Source of the DNA: a virus
Lineage: Duplodnaviria; Caudoviricetes
Virus record (IMG/VR): IMGVR_UViG_3300032013_000003
Location: 1-59,063 of that record
Strand: one strand, 5' to 3'
Length of the DNA: 59,063 bases
Part shown: positions 10,090 through 19,214 of the stretch, piece after piece
Layout of the letters: the number at the start of each line of letters is the position of its first letter
How positions within the stretch are numbered: position 1 is the stretch's first letter
The notes under the pieces: generated by a model
The model's database searches: none
What the model was told of the DNA's origin: nothing
Seen by the model: the letters and a program-made list of their open reading frames with translations, nothing else
Translations under genes and position numbers: made by a program

Positions 10090-10283
10090 GGTGAGGCCTC
10101 GCAATCGGCCATGCGGGACTCGACCTGCGCCGCGATCGCGGCGTATTTGCGAGCAGCGGTTCGCAGGTTCTTACGATCCTCCGACAGGTGCATCCCGCAG
10201 GTGGAGGAGTACTTCGAGGCTGCACAGCGAAGCGCTGCTTCGGCCTCGAACAAATCTTCAACGGTCCAACTCATCTCATCCAT
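10086..10283 (-). CDS. Hypothetical protein
   Basis: Coupled ORF. Confidence 0.45.
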   Translation of the reverse strand: MDEMSWTVEDLFEAEAALRCAASKYSSTCGMHLSEDRKNLRTAARKYAAIAAQVESRMADCEASP

Positions 10284-10560
10284 CCTTCTGCGCGGGGCGG
10301 GTGGTGGTGTCGCACTGCTGACCTGGATACGACCAGCAGATCGCGAGGGCCCAGTCGAGGCTCGAGCTTCCGAACACCGCCCGGCGCACCTCGTTCTGCC
10401 ATCGCCTCATCTCGGCATCGGTGTTACGCGGCCGACCGCACGGGCACGGCTGCTCGGTAGTGACAGCCGGTACACGGCCATCATCGCCGCCCGCAACCCT
10501 GCGTCCGCCTTCAGGTTCTACAGCAGCGTCGAGAACAGGGAGTTGTCGTTCTTGGGTCAT
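10276..10560 (-). CDS. Hypothetical protein with CPC motif
   Basis: GAGGAG RBS. Confidence 0.5.
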   Translation of the reverse strand: MTQERQLPVLDAAVEPEGGRRVAGGDDGRVPAVTTEQPCPCGRPRNTDAEMRRWQNEVRRAVFGSSSLDWALAICWSYPGQQCDTTTRPAQKDG

Positions 10561-10581
10561 CGTCGTCGGTCTCCTCGGGGG

Positions 10582-10821
10582 TCAGTACGGCAGCTCAGGC
10601 GGGACGACTCGTTGCTCCTGGTAGTCCTTTGGCCAGTGCAGCTTGAGCATCTCGTGGCGCAGCCCAGAAGTGCGGACGTACTCAAGCGACTCGCGGCAGC
10701 TGTCGTCCCAGAGTTTGCCGTCCACGGTTATGCCGTGCTGCTCGTTGAACTCGGCGTTGCGGATGAGTCCGGCGAGGACCCAGGTTGGGATGGCAACGGT
10801 CTGGCTGTTGTCTTTGTTCAT
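10582..10821 (-). CDS. Hypothetical protein
   Basis: AAGGA RBS before MNKDNSQ. Confidence 0.55.
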   Translation of the reverse strand: MNKDNSQTVAIPTWVLAGLIRNAEFNEQHGITVDGKLWDDSCRESLEYVRTSGLRHEMLKLHWPKDYQEQRVVPPELPY

Positions 10822-10898
10822 CGTCGGTGTCCTTTCGAGTTCTGCTGTCTGTTCGTTGCTGACTGAACTCGAAGCGCAATGCCTCGAGCGATCCGTTG

Positions 10899-10953
10899 TG
10901 GTTTCAGGTACCAGTGGGTAACACCGTGCCGGTTCGAGTCCGGCCATTCGCAC
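10899..10953 (+). other. attP core: 3' half of a tRNA-Leu(CAG)
   Basis: TGGT-TTCAGGT-ACCA anticodon arm, long variable arm, GCCGG-TTCGAGT-CCGGC T arm, CATTCGC-A acceptor strand; no D arm or 5' acceptor strand upstream. Confidence 0.85.
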
Positions 10954-11013
10954 GCATAGTTACGAGATCGAAAAACGCGAGGTGAACCCCAAATCGGCTC
11001 CGAGTTCCGTTGG

Positions 11014-11367
11014 TCATGGCGCGTGCCTCGGGCAAAGCCAGCCAAGTGCGCCGTGGAACCACTTCGACTTCTTGCCCATGATCGCCATGTCGATCGTCGC
11101 GCAACACCGCGGCGTGATGCACCGAACAGTCGGACCATGCGTGGCCCCGCGTTGCGGAGGAACCAGTTCGTGCAGCTTCGCGATCGCGAGTTCGACCAAA
11201 TCGTCTCTGGTGCCGCCCGGTCCGTCCTCGGTCTCCTGCAGCAGCATGGCCAGCACGCCGATAGTCGCACCGGTTGCCAGCGCGAGGTTGTTGCCGCTGG
11301 CCTTGCGTGCAGCGTCCCGGATCACGCGCATCACGCGGATGCGGTCGGCGTCGGTTACATCGCTCAT
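11014..11367 (-). CDS. Hypothetical protein with C-terminal Cys cluster
   Basis: Coupled ORF. Confidence 0.55.
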   Translation of the reverse strand: MSDVTDADRIRVMRVIRDAARKASGNNLALATGATIGVLAMLLQETEDGPGGTRDDLVELAIAKLHELVPPQRGATHGPTVRCITPRCCATIDMAIMGKKSKWFHGALGWLCPRHAP

Positions 11368-11570
11368 CGCTCGACGTCCTCATCAGAGATCCAGATATAC
11401 GCGGCGATCCAGGTTCCGCCGAACTGGTCGTCTCTTTCGGGTTGCAGGTCGATCGGCAGGTTGACAGCTCGGTCGTCGCCGCGTGCCTTGCAGTGGCTCT
11501 GACTGCATCCGGTACCGTACGCGCGTCGGGCCGCAGCGCGGAGCTGCTCATCGGTCGGCCTACCGCTCAC
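11364..11570 (-). CDS. Hypothetical protein
   Basis: GTGA-coupled ORF. Confidence 0.5.
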   Translation of the reverse strand: MSGRPTDEQLRAAARRAYGTGCSQSHCKARGDDRAVNLPIDLQPERDDQFGGTWIAAYIWISDEDVER

Positions 11571-11971
11571 ATCCCACCCCTCGCCCGCATCGCGGATGTG
11601 CCGTGCTCGGCTCGGCACGGGAACTTGCTGGCGCTCGGGCGTCGTGTAGCGGTCACCCAGTGTTCGTGCCCGCATTCCAGCGTCAGGCACCAGCGTCCAG
11701 AGTTCATTGGCGAGCGATCCACTCGCACAACGCGACGATAGTGGCTCGGCACGCGGATGCGCTTCGAAGGCACGGCGACCCAGTCCATCTCGACCTGGCG
11801 GTCAAGAACCTTGACCACACGAGGCGGCCCGCCGTCGAACCTCACGATGTGCCATCCGCTGCGCTCCTGACCCATCCGAGGCTTGTCGTAGAAGGCCGGC
11901 TCCCATGCGGCGCCGACATCGCGCTGCACTTCGATCGCTTCGCCGGGTAAAAACTTCTTGCTTGCGCTCAC
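11567..11971 (-). CDS. Hypothetical protein (SH3-like segment plus LECGH zinc ribbon)
   Basis: Motifs seen in translation. Confidence 0.55.
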   Translation of the reverse strand: MSASKKFLPGEAIEVQRDVGAAWEPAFYDKPRMGQERSGWHIVRFDGGPPRVVKVLDRQVEMDWVAVPSKRIRVPSHYRRVVRVDRSPMNSGRWCLTLECGHEHWVTATRRPSASKFPCRAEHGTSAMRARGGM

Positions 11972-12144
11972 GTCAATTCATTCCTCGCCCGCATCACCGC
12001 GGCCTCCACGATCCACGGCCCCACCGGGGCATCGTCCGGTACCGCGGCGCAGATCTCCGCACGCTCGGCCTCGGTGAGCCGCAGGGTCATGCGCTCGGTC
12101 TGGGGCAGGCCACGGGTGGGTGGTTGGCCGCGAGGGCGGGTCAT
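11968..12144 (-). CDS. Small DNA-binding protein, ribbon-helix-helix-like
   Basis: TERMTLRLTEAERAEICAA resembles RHH/MobC-type pattern. Confidence 0.55.
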   Translation of the reverse strand: MTRPRGQPPTRGLPQTERMTLRLTEAERAEICAAVPDDAPVGPWIVEAAVMRARNELT

Positions 12145-12449
12145 GGCTTCCTCTGAGCACGAGATGACCCTGGGCCGACCGGACCGAAGCGCTCGATCGT
12201 TTGACGTCCGTCGAACGCAGCGAAGCACCGATGGCACGAACCGTTATCGGTGACGCCGTGAGAGCACCGAGGGACCCGCATTTCCCTGCGGATCGCAGCC
12301 ACGCGCTCACCGATGTAGCTCACCGCGTTGAGCGCTCCGAGCTTCGACGGATCCCGACCGTCGGTCCAGTCGGTGTCCAGATAAGCGTCGATCGCTGCAA
12401 CGAGATGACCAGGGAGGATGATGGCTTCGTCGGCCGGCTTAGTACTCAT
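12141..12449 (-). CDS. Hypothetical protein
   Basis: Coupled ORF with C-terminal CxH...CxxC. Confidence 0.5.
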   Translation of the reverse strand: MSTKPADEAIILPGHLVAAIDAYLDTDWTDGRDPSKLGALNAVSYIGERVAAIRREMRVPRCSHGVTDNGSCHRCFAAFDGRQTIERFGPVGPGSSRAQRKP

Positions 12450-12915
12450 AGCTGTAGAACTCCTCGCGCTCACCGAGCCGGAGCGCGATCCCGTCCTGCG
12501 CGTAGCCGTGTGCGCGTCGGTAGAACACGTGCACCTTGCCCTTGGGGTCGCGCTCGTACGTGTAGATCTGCGTTTGACTGACGCCGTTGCCGTCGGTGCG
12601 CGTCGCCTTATCTTCTTGCACCGTGACCTTGGATCCGCTCGGCGATACCGCGATCACGGTCGCCGCGTGGCGGTCTGCGATGTAGCAGACGGTACATGCA
12701 TCCCCAACGCTCGGGCGACGCGTCATGTCCTTCGCGTCCTGACGGAGCGTGCAGTAGATCCAGAGCACACGCTCCTCCATCTCGGCCGCACGGGCTCGTG
12801 TACCGGGGAGCGCAGGCTGCAGGCAGCCATCCAGTCCGCGCACGTACAACGGGAGACCCGAATCCAGGGCTGCTCGTCCGGCGAGCCCGATGTCTTTGTC
12901 GGTCAGTGTCGTCAT
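12439..12915 (-). CDS. Conserved phage-type hypothetical protein
   Basis: GDACTVCYIADRHAATVIAVSPSG pattern seen in phage proteins; probably leaderless. Confidence 0.6.
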   Translation of the reverse strand: MTTLTDKDIGLAGRAALDSGLPLYVRGLDGCLQPALPGTRARAAEMEERVLWIYCTLRQDAKDMTRRPSVGDACTVCYIADRHAATVIAVSPSGSKVTVQEDKATRTDGNGVSQTQIYTYERDPKGKVHVFYRRAHGYAQDGIALRLGEREEFYSYEY

Positions 12916-12921
12916 GCGATT

Positions 12922-12949
12922 ACTGTACGTCATGTATTCCATCCGTCAA
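12922..12949 (-). promoter_or_regulatory. Sigma70-like promoter, probably leaderless
   Basis: TTGACG-16nt-TACAGT, then 6 nt to ATG at 12915. Confidence 0.55.
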
Positions 12950-14004
12950 CCCCCTTTCTTCGCCCCACCTTCCAACACCTTCCACGCCCTCCGCCGCGCC
13001 GCATCCTCCGCTTGCCGCTTGTCGATGTACGCCCCGCCGTCCGTGATTCCCGTCGAAGCGTGCCCAAGCGCCGCCGCGACCGTCTCCGAGTGCGAGCCCT
13101 GCACCTTGCCGATCGTGGCCGACGTCCCGCGCAGCCCGTGTGGCCCCACCTCAGGCACGCCGGCCAGCTTGCACAGGCGCCAGACCTGCTCCCTGGCCCA
13201 GTCCTGCGGGCGAGCTCGCGTGCTGGCGTGCGCGAACAGCGGATCCTCGGCCGCGCGGTCAGCGGCCAGCCTGAGCAGCCCCGGGCGCAGTACCGCGGGC
13301 ACCTCGGCCTGGCGCCGGCCGGCCTCCGTCTTCGAGTCCGGGATCCAGAACATCCGGCCGTCGTCGTCCACGTCGCGAACGTGCGCGAGCACGACCTCGC
13401 CGTTGCGGCTGCCCAGCAGCAGGTAGGCCAGCGTGCAGACCGCACCATCGTCCGTGGCGAGCCGCGCCGCGCAGACGTCGATCACCTTGCGGCTCTCCTC
13501 GATGCGGAGCTGCTTCTTGCCCTTGCGACGACGGCCGCGCCCCTTGACGCGCGCGAACGGATCCGCAGGCAACCATCCGCGCTCAGCGCACCACCGGCCG
13601 AACGCTTTGCACACGCTCAGCCCGTTGCGGTGCGTGTCGACCGCACCGGTGCGCGCGTCGTAGAGCTGGGTCGCAAGCTTTGGGGTGAGACGCTTCAGAT
13701 CCAGCATGCCATTGGACTCGAGCGCTAGCATCTTGCGCAAGTGAAACGCCTCACGCGCGACCGTTGACGTGCGGAGCTCGCCTTCGCTCACCCGCTTCTC
13801 CTGGCTCGCGAGGTACGCGGCGACCGCGATGTCGATCGTTCGGGTCTCGGCGTTCTTGCGGAACGCGGCGATGAAGTCGTTCGCTTGGCGCTCGCTCTCA
13901 AAGTAGCGAGAGTCTCGAGAGCCATCCGCTCCGACGCAGATAACTCGCCAGCTGTTCTCGCTGACGTGGAATGGTCCGTGACAGCGTTCGTGTCGTTGTC
14001 GCAT
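12946..14004 (-). CDS. int: Tyrosine integrase
   Basis: Catalytic R (GSRNGE), K (SKT), HxLR (HGLR), LGH and Y (GGAY). Confidence 0.92.
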   Translation of the reverse strand: MRQRHERCHGPFHVSENSWRVICVGADGSRDSRYFESERQANDFIAAFRKNAETRTIDIAVAAYLASQEKRVSEGELRTSTVAREAFHLRKMLALESNGMLDLKRLTPKLATQLYDARTGAVDTHRNGLSVCKAFGRWCAERGWLPADPFARVKGRGRRRKGKKQLRIEESRKVIDVCAARLATDDGAVCTLAYLLLGSRNGEVVLAHVRDVDDDGRMFWIPDSKTEAGRRQAEVPAVLRPGLLRLAADRAAEDPLFAHASTRARPQDWAREQVWRLCKLAGVPEVGPHGLRGTSATIGKVQGSHSETVAAALGHASTGITDGGAYIDKRQAEDAARRRAWKVLEGGAKKGG

Positions 14005-14092
14005 GGCTCGTCCTGTAGTCCGGATTGCCGAGCACGCGCTAGCTCCTCGCGCACAACAGCGCGGATTGCCTCGAGCAGCGCGGCGGTGGGGG

Positions 14093-14482
14093 TCACGGGC
14101 ACCCGTTCGCGTGCCAGCGTCGCCACTCCTGGCGCACGCGGCTCAGGACGTGAGCTTTGCGGTTTCCGTTAAGCCGAACGAAGATCCGTCCGTGGTCGTA
14201 TGCCCATACCCCTACTTCCTTGTCGGGCGAACAGACAATGTCGACCATTGCAGACAGTGATCTCGCGAGCCAGTTGGCATCCGGCTCACCGTGCTCCGCA
14301 ACTACCGCAACGTAGAATCCGGCTGCCTCCAGTTCGCTGATCTGCTTGGCGGAGACGCATACGTCAACCGCGACTCGGGGTCTGCCGTCGTGGATGATAG
14401 CTACCGGCGATAGGCGTCGCGATACCGGCGCCGACCGTGCCGGTGACCCGAGGTCGCGGACCCCCTGCTTCGTCAGCTTCAC
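14093..14482 (-). CDS. Hypothetical protein
   Basis: GGAG RBS before GTG. Confidence 0.45.
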   Translation of the reverse strand: MKLTKQGVRDLGSPARSAPVSRRLSPVAIIHDGRPRVAVDVCVSAKQISELEAAGFYVAVVAEHGEPDANWLARSLSAMVDIVCSPDKEVGVWAYDHGRIFVRLNGNRKAHVLSRVRQEWRRWHANGCP

Positions 14483-14483
14483 G

Positions 14484-14678
14484 TCACGTTCTCCTCGTAA
14501 AATACGACACCCTCCACCGACCCGCGCCCCACACGCCCGTGAACGACCCGCCATCCCAGTCCGGCACGGTCACGTGATTGTATGCGTCGCACTTCGCGCA
14601 GTGCAGCGACATCCCGGCCCAGTACACGCCGTCGGGTGAGGCGATCGGGGCGCGGCAGTTGTCGCAGTGGAGGGTCAT
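14484..14678 (-). CDS. Small zinc-ribbon protein
   Basis: CDNC...CAKC. Confidence 0.5.
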   Translation of the reverse strand: MTLHCDNCRAPIASPDGVYWAGMSLHCAKCDAYNHVTVPDWDGGSFTGVWGAGRWRVSYFTRRT

Positions 14679-15124
14679 GGCCGTGGCCACTCCTGGCGCC
14701 TGCCATCGCGCCACACCACGTAGAGGCTACTGAGCGTCCCGCGCTTGAGCGCCTGTCGCGCCATCTTGTACGTCGCCCACGTACCGCCTCGGTTGCGCTC
14801 CGTGTCCTCGAACGGCGCCGCGATCATGACGTTCGATGCCTCGACGATGGCTCGGTTCCGCTTCATGTGCGGCATCGGGGCGAGCACCTCGCCGCAGATC
14901 GTGTACGCGCACCATTGGCCGTCGGGCCAGTCCGGTCCGGGGTGGCCGATGATGCGACAGCCGCGGGCCCGGCAGATCTCGTGGAACTCCTCGTCGGCGC
15001 CGACGCACATGCCGTGGTGCGCGACCACGTCACCGAACAGCTCCGCCACGAGGTCGTCAACGGCGGCCCCTTGTTCGGCGGTCATACCGTAGCGCGTCCC
15101 GGTGAACCCGATATGGAGGGTCAC
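14675..15124 (-). CDS. SLOG-family (YspA/DprA-like) nucleotide-binding protein
   Basis: IGFTGTR, HHGMCVGAD, RNRAIV and GGTWAT motifs. Confidence 0.8.
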   Translation of the reverse strand: MTLHIGFTGTRYGMTAEQGAAVDDLVAELFGDVVAHHGMCVGADEEFHEICRARGCRIIGHPGPDWPDGQWCAYTICGEVLAPMPHMKRNRAIVEASNVMIAAPFEDTERNRGGTWATYKMARQALKRGTLSSLYVVWRDGRRQEWPRP

Positions 15125-15282
15125 GCCCGCCACCACGCCATCAGAAACGCCGCGAACCCGATCGTCGCCAACAGCATCCACCGGAACGCGTCGTGATTCC
15201 CGAGCGCCCATGCGGCAATCGTGGCGACGAGGCTCGTGGTGGTTAGACAGGCCAGGGCGAGCTGGATGGGCGAGCGGGTCAT
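15121..15282 (-). CDS. Small two-TM membrane protein
   Basis: Two hydrophobic segments. Confidence 0.5.
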   Translation of the reverse strand: MTRSPIQLALACLTTTSLVATIAAWALGNHDAFRWMLLATIGFAAFLMAWWRA

Positions 15283-15587
15283 GGGCGGTCCCTGGCGGCG
15301 CGGTAGGCGTCGATAGCGCACATCAGGGCGCTCATCAGGAGCCCGTCTTCGTCGTCGGTCGCGGCATCGCGCCACGACTCCGCGGACTCGACCACCGTCA
15401 GCAGTGCGATCTCGCGCATTGCCGTCTCGTGACGCTGACGCTCGATGTCGAACGCGAGCTTGCGCAGGGCGTCGAGCTCAGTCAGGCAGTTCCGCAGCGC
15501 CTGCGCGTACGGCGCCAGTTCGTCGTACTGCAGGCCGGAATCGACGCGATGGATCAGGCGCTCGATGTTGGCGCGGTCGAAGGTCAT
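15279..15587 (-). CDS. Hypothetical protein
   Basis: Coupled ORF. Confidence 0.55.
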   Translation of the reverse strand: MTFDRANIERLIHRVDSGLQYDELAPYAQALRNCLTELDALRKLAFDIERQRHETAMREIALLTVVESAESWRDAATDDEDGLLMSALMCAIDAYRAARDRP

Positions 15588-15745
15588 GCTGACCTCCGAT
15601 GCGTCTCGTAGCAGGCCTTGCACCGACACCCGTGCGTCGCTGTCCCGTGTCGCGCGGTCGTGATGCATAGGTTGTAGCCGCGCAGCCTCGCGCGGTTGAC
15701 GCGCTTGTCGCGGCGGACGTTCCAGGTCGTCTTGAAACGCCTCAC
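15584..15745 (-). CDS. Small Zn-binding protein
   Basis: HGT...GCRCKAC motif. Confidence 0.5.
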   Translation of the reverse strand: MRRFKTTWNVRRDKRVNRARLRGYNLCITTARHGTATHGCRCKACYETHRRSA

Positions 15746-15893
15746 GCGCGCCACTCCGACCGCTCCGCCCCAAGCGCCTTGAGCAGCGCGCTGACGTACA
15801 GTTCCGAGCTTTGGCGCGCGCCCCACGACAGTCCTGCCATGAAGGACAAGACCAGGGCGCGTGGCATCGGTTCGCGCTGGATGGATTCGACGG

Positions 15894-16250
15894 TCATCTT
15901 CTTCCCCTCGTGAACGACCCCGGCGGGAACACCGGCAGATCGTAGTTGTCGACCTTGTGCGTTAGCTTCGGGCCGCCCGTGTAGTACCCGCTCAACGGCA
16001 GCGGACTCTTCGGTAGCTTCGGCGCCTTCACGTCCGCCTGTGCGATCAGCGTGTCCATCCCGAGCTGTGTCAGGCACCACCGTTTGCGCCCGTCCTCGTC
16101 GACGCCACCGAACCAGATCAACTTGAGGCGCTGGAACAGCTGGCGACGCACCGGCTGGATCGGGTGGCGCGGATTGGTCAGCAGGCCGCGCAGGTCGTCG
16201 ATGTGGGACGGCCGGAGGTCGGCGATGGTGAGTTGGGCGGTACGTCTCAT
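15894..16250 (-). CDS. Hypothetical protein, possible winged helix
   Basis: LFQRLKLI...WCLTQLGMD pattern. Confidence 0.5.
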   Translation of the reverse strand: MRRTAQLTIADLRPSHIDDLRGLLTNPRHPIQPVRRQLFQRLKLIWFGGVDEDGRKRWCLTQLGMDTLIAQADVKAPKLPKSPLPLSGYYTGGPKLTHKVDNYDLPVFPPGSFTRGRR

Positions 16251-16573
16251 GGTGCTGCTCGTCCGTTCATGTTGGGCCACCACGTCTGCGGTTTCGTGAT
16301 GCGGTCATCCTCGTCGTCCCAACTGCCGCTGCAGCTGGAGCACTGTTCCGCGGCGGACTCGAAGCCGTGGTAGTCGCCGAGTCGGTATGCGCGAGTCAGC
16401 GCGCCGGCGACCGCGATGTTGCGGAACAGGATCGACAGGTCGACCCAGTACGCCTCTTCGCCGGAGCAGCACATCTCGCAGCCGGATCCGAAGCACGTTC
16501 CGCACTGGCCGTACGCGATGAACTGGTTGTCGCCCTCGAGCGACATGCCGGTGTAGTCGAGATCTGGTGTCAC
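16247..16573 (-). CDS. Cys-rich hypothetical protein
   Basis: CGTCFGSGCEMC. Confidence 0.5.
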   Translation of the reverse strand: MTPDLDYTGMSLEGDNQFIAYGQCGTCFGSGCEMCCSGEEAYWVDLSILFRNIAVAGALTRAYRLGDYHGFESAAEQCSSCSGSWDDEDDRITKPQTWWPNMNGRAAP

Positions 16574-16788
16574 TTCGGCCCCGCACTGAGAAGCGCGGCC
16601 ATCTGCTTCACGACCGGTTCGCAGGTCCGCGGGGCGTGCAGCTTCGTCAGCTTGCACTCCAACTGGGCGCGGTGCGGGCACGTCGTGGCACAGAACGGAG
16701 CCCCGTCCAGCCAGATCGGCAACGCCATGTCACTGGCGCCGAGTCCCGCCGCGAGGGTCTGCGCGTCGATTCGCCAGGCGAGGGTCAT
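16570..16788 (-). CDS. Hypothetical protein
   Basis: Coupled ORF. Confidence 0.45.
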   Translation of the reverse strand: MTLAWRIDAQTLAAGLGASDMALPIWLDGAPFCATTCPHRAQLECKLTKLHAPRTCEPVVKQMAALLSAGPK

Positions 16789-17054
16789 GGGGTGCTCCGG
16801 GTGGCGAGAACGCGGTCGAGTGTTCCGAGCAGCTCCGGGATCTCGTCGAGGAACTCGAAGCGGGCCATCTCGTCGCGAGTCGCCTGGATACGCGTGAAGT
16901 CCTCGTCGGGCAGCTGCGCAGCGCGACGCCGTCGGATCTCGGCGACGGCCATCTGCACAAGCATCGCCCCGACCGCGCGGTGTCGCTCGTCGAGCATCAC
17001 GTCGCGGTCCCACATGCTCATGCCTTCCAGCTGCTCATCCGTCAAATCCGCCAT
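16785..17054 (-). CDS. Hypothetical protein
   Basis: LTDEQLE...MAVAEIRRRR pattern. Confidence 0.5.
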   Translation of the reverse strand: MADLTDEQLEGMSMWDRDVMLDERHRAVGAMLVQMAVAEIRRRRAAQLPDEDFTRIQATRDEMARFEFLDEIPELLGTLDRVLATRSTP

Positions 17055-17128
17055 ACGTCATCGCTCCTGCTCGAAAGGTCCGCCCGGCACCATGCCGAGC
17101 GGTTGGCGCGCGGTGGTCACGCGCCGGA

Positions 17129-18037
17129 TCACTTGCCCTCACGCTCGAGGCGCGCGATCTCGGCAGCCTCTTCGGGCGAGGGGTCACCAGCCTGCGCGGC
17201 CATCTCCGCAGCGATCTGCGACGACAAGTCTGCCTTGTGGCTCTCACCGCCGGTCTCGACGTCGATGATCCTGCGCTGGTCGTCGACCGTGCGCGCGTTG
17301 TCCAACGCGTTCGCGATGTGCCACGACTCGTCGAACTGGAGGAACTTGCCGAGGCGGTGTATCGGCGCTTTCCTCATCATCTGGTCGGGCCAGTCGCGCC
17401 ACGCCGGGCTGTCGCTGCCGGCCTTGCGGACGGCGTCGAGGTCGTCGCGGTCCATCACCTCGAACACCGACTCGCCGTTGGCGAGCTTCGCGATCGCGTA
17501 CGCCGCGATGATCTCCTTGCCGCGGTTGCCGAAGTTCGGCCGGTGCACGATCGAGTTGGCTGTCCCCTCGTCGACTTCGAACAGGTCGCCCTCATAGACC
17601 ACGTTCGAGCGGATCGAGCGGACGCCGCGCGAGCGCAGCGCCATCTTGATCACACCCTTGTAGCCGCGCTGGAACGTCGCCTCCATCACGCCCTTGTTCT
17701 TGTAGGGCACGAGGTACGCCTCGCCCTTGAGGGCGCCCGGCTCGAGCCCGGTGACGGCGCACGCGATGAGACCGAGGTAGATGGACTCCTTGGTGCACTG
17801 GCGCAGCTTCTCGCCGCGCTCGTCGGCCATGTCGCGCAGTGTGAATCGGAGCAGTGCCTCGGGCTTCACGCTGTTCTTGGCCCACTCACGGAGCACACCG
17901 ACGCGTGCATCGAGGAACGCCTTGTGCTCATTGATGGTGGCGAGCGCCGTGGTCTGCTGCGGCGCGGACTGGATCGCCTTGCTGCTGGCATCGTAGTTCA
18001 GGCGCGAACCGGCGCGCGGTGGCTGTGTCGTGCTCAT
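17129..18037 (-). CDS. recT: RecT-family single-strand annealing protein
   Basis: GLEPG...EAYLVPY, GYKG, VVYEGDLF, W...MMRK motifs. Confidence 0.92.
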   Translation of the reverse strand: MSTTQPPRAGSRLNYDASSKAIQSAPQQTTALATINEHKAFLDARVGVLREWAKNSVKPEALLRFTLRDMADERGEKLRQCTKESIYLGLIACAVTGLEPGALKGEAYLVPYKNKGVMEATFQRGYKGVIKMALRSRGVRSIRSNVVYEGDLFEVDEGTANSIVHRPNFGNRGKEIIAAYAIAKLANGESVFEVMDRDDLDAVRKAGSDSPAWRDWPDQMMRKAPIHRLGKFLQFDESWHIANALDNARTVDDQRRIIDVETGGESHKADLSSQIAAEMAAQAGDPSPEEAAEIARLEREGK

Positions 18038-18270
18038 GGCGTCGGTACCCACACCTTCACAATGCGATCGACCTGGTGAACCTGCGTGCACTCGACGCCG
18101 CCGTACAGCTGCAGGCCTTCGTCGTGATGCACCTCGGCCGTGAAGCGCCAGTGCGCGCCGTCATCCTCGAACACGAAGACGGCCCGGCGACCGTGTCGCC
18201 ACTCGGATGCCGAGACCTCCTCGAGATCCATCTCTCGAATCGATGCCTCGTCGAACGTTTTCTTGGTCAT
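18034..18270 (-). CDS. Hypothetical protein
   Basis: Coupled between yqaJ and recT. Confidence 0.6.
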   Translation of the reverse strand: MTKKTFDEASIREMDLEEVSASEWRHGRRAVFVFEDDGAHWRFTAEVHHDEGLQLYGGVECTQVHQVDRIVKVWVPTP

Positions 18271-19214
18271 TGGTCCTCCTTCCAGCTCGTCGGCGTGCGC
18301 AGCGCCCACGTGTTCTTGGTCTTGTATGCGGTGATGTTGTCGGCGCGATCGCCGCAGTCGATGCGCGTGGCGCCGGCGGCGCTCAGGCGGAGCAGGAGCG
18401 AGTTCTTGCGCAGCTCCTCGTCCTTGGTTGCCCGCTTGCGCGCGATGCGGGCCTCGCGCCACAGCGCGATATCCATCGTCATCTCGGCGTCGGCGATCAC
18501 GACCTGCGGCTTGACGCGGTCCATCTTCTCGCTCACGTGCATGCGCCACGCGTCGGTGTGGTCGACCGTCGGCTCGCGGCCGAACTTGACCATGCCCCAG
18601 AACTCGCGCAGAGACTCGAGAATGCGGTCCTCGATGGCCTTGTCGCGCTCGATGCGCAGGGGGCCGATCTGCTTCTGGCCGCCGCACAGGCACACGATGT
18701 CGACCCACGGCAGGTCAGCCACGGCCATCTCGACTCGGCACTGGACCTCGTACTTGGCCGGCGGCCCGTCGCGCCAGTCGTCCTCGAGCCACGCCGAGCA
18801 CGTTTTGACCTGGAGGCCGCCGAGCAGACCGTCGGCGCGCAGCTGGCGGACGGTTGGGGCGTAGCCGTCCTTCTCGGGGTCGAACTCGGTCGTGCCAACC
18901 TGATGTGCACGCGCGAGCTCCTCGACCAGACCATCGGGCGTGCAGCGAAGCCACCCGTCCATCACGAAGCTGCCCGTCGGGACGAACACCCGGACCTTGC
19001 GGTCATGGGCGTACTTGCCGCGGATGACCGGCTCGAGCACGGTGCCCCAGTACGCGGCCTCCTCGGGTCCGTCGTCGCGCACTGGCAGCCCGCGGTGGCG
19101 ACGCCAGATCTTCATGGGGGCGTTGTACTTGTCCAACCCAAGAACTCCTGCTGCCTCGGACGCCCCAAGGCACGACAGGTCGCGTTGCTGGTCGACTGCT
19201 ACCGCGATGCTCAC
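18267..19214 (-). CDS. YqaJ-like viral recombinase exonuclease
   Basis: LGASEAAGVLGLDKY, WGTVLEP, TPDG, QVKT; adjacent to recT. Confidence 0.88.
   Translation of the reverse strand: MSIAVAVDQQRDLSCLGASEAAGVLGLDKYNAPMKIWRRHRGLPVRDDGPEEAAYWGTVLEPVIRGKYAHDRKVRVFVPTGSFVMDGWLRCTPDGLVEELARAHQVGTTEFDPEKDGYAPTVRQLRADGLLGGLQVKTCSAWLEDDWRDGPPAKYEVQCRVEMAVADLPWVDIVCLCGGQKQIGPLRIERDKAIEDRILESLREFWGMVKFGREPTVDHTDAWRMHVSEKMDRVKPQVVIADAEMTMDIALWREARIARKRATKDEELRKNSLLLRLSAAGATRIDCGDRADNITAYKTKNTWALRTPTSWKEDQ

Noticed and set aside
10822-10953. N-terminal extension of ORF 10582..10953 (MRMAGLEPAR...)
   Set aside because: This is the antisense translation of the tRNA fragment; the real start is probably 10821
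10860-10955. Intact tRNA-Leu gene
   Set aside because: No D arm or 5' acceptor strand (GCGAATG) upstream; only the 3' half is present, consistent with attP
13788-14126. Excisionase (IRAVVREEL N-terminus)
   Set aside because: No HTH follows and the ORF runs deep into int; possibly a remnant, not supportable
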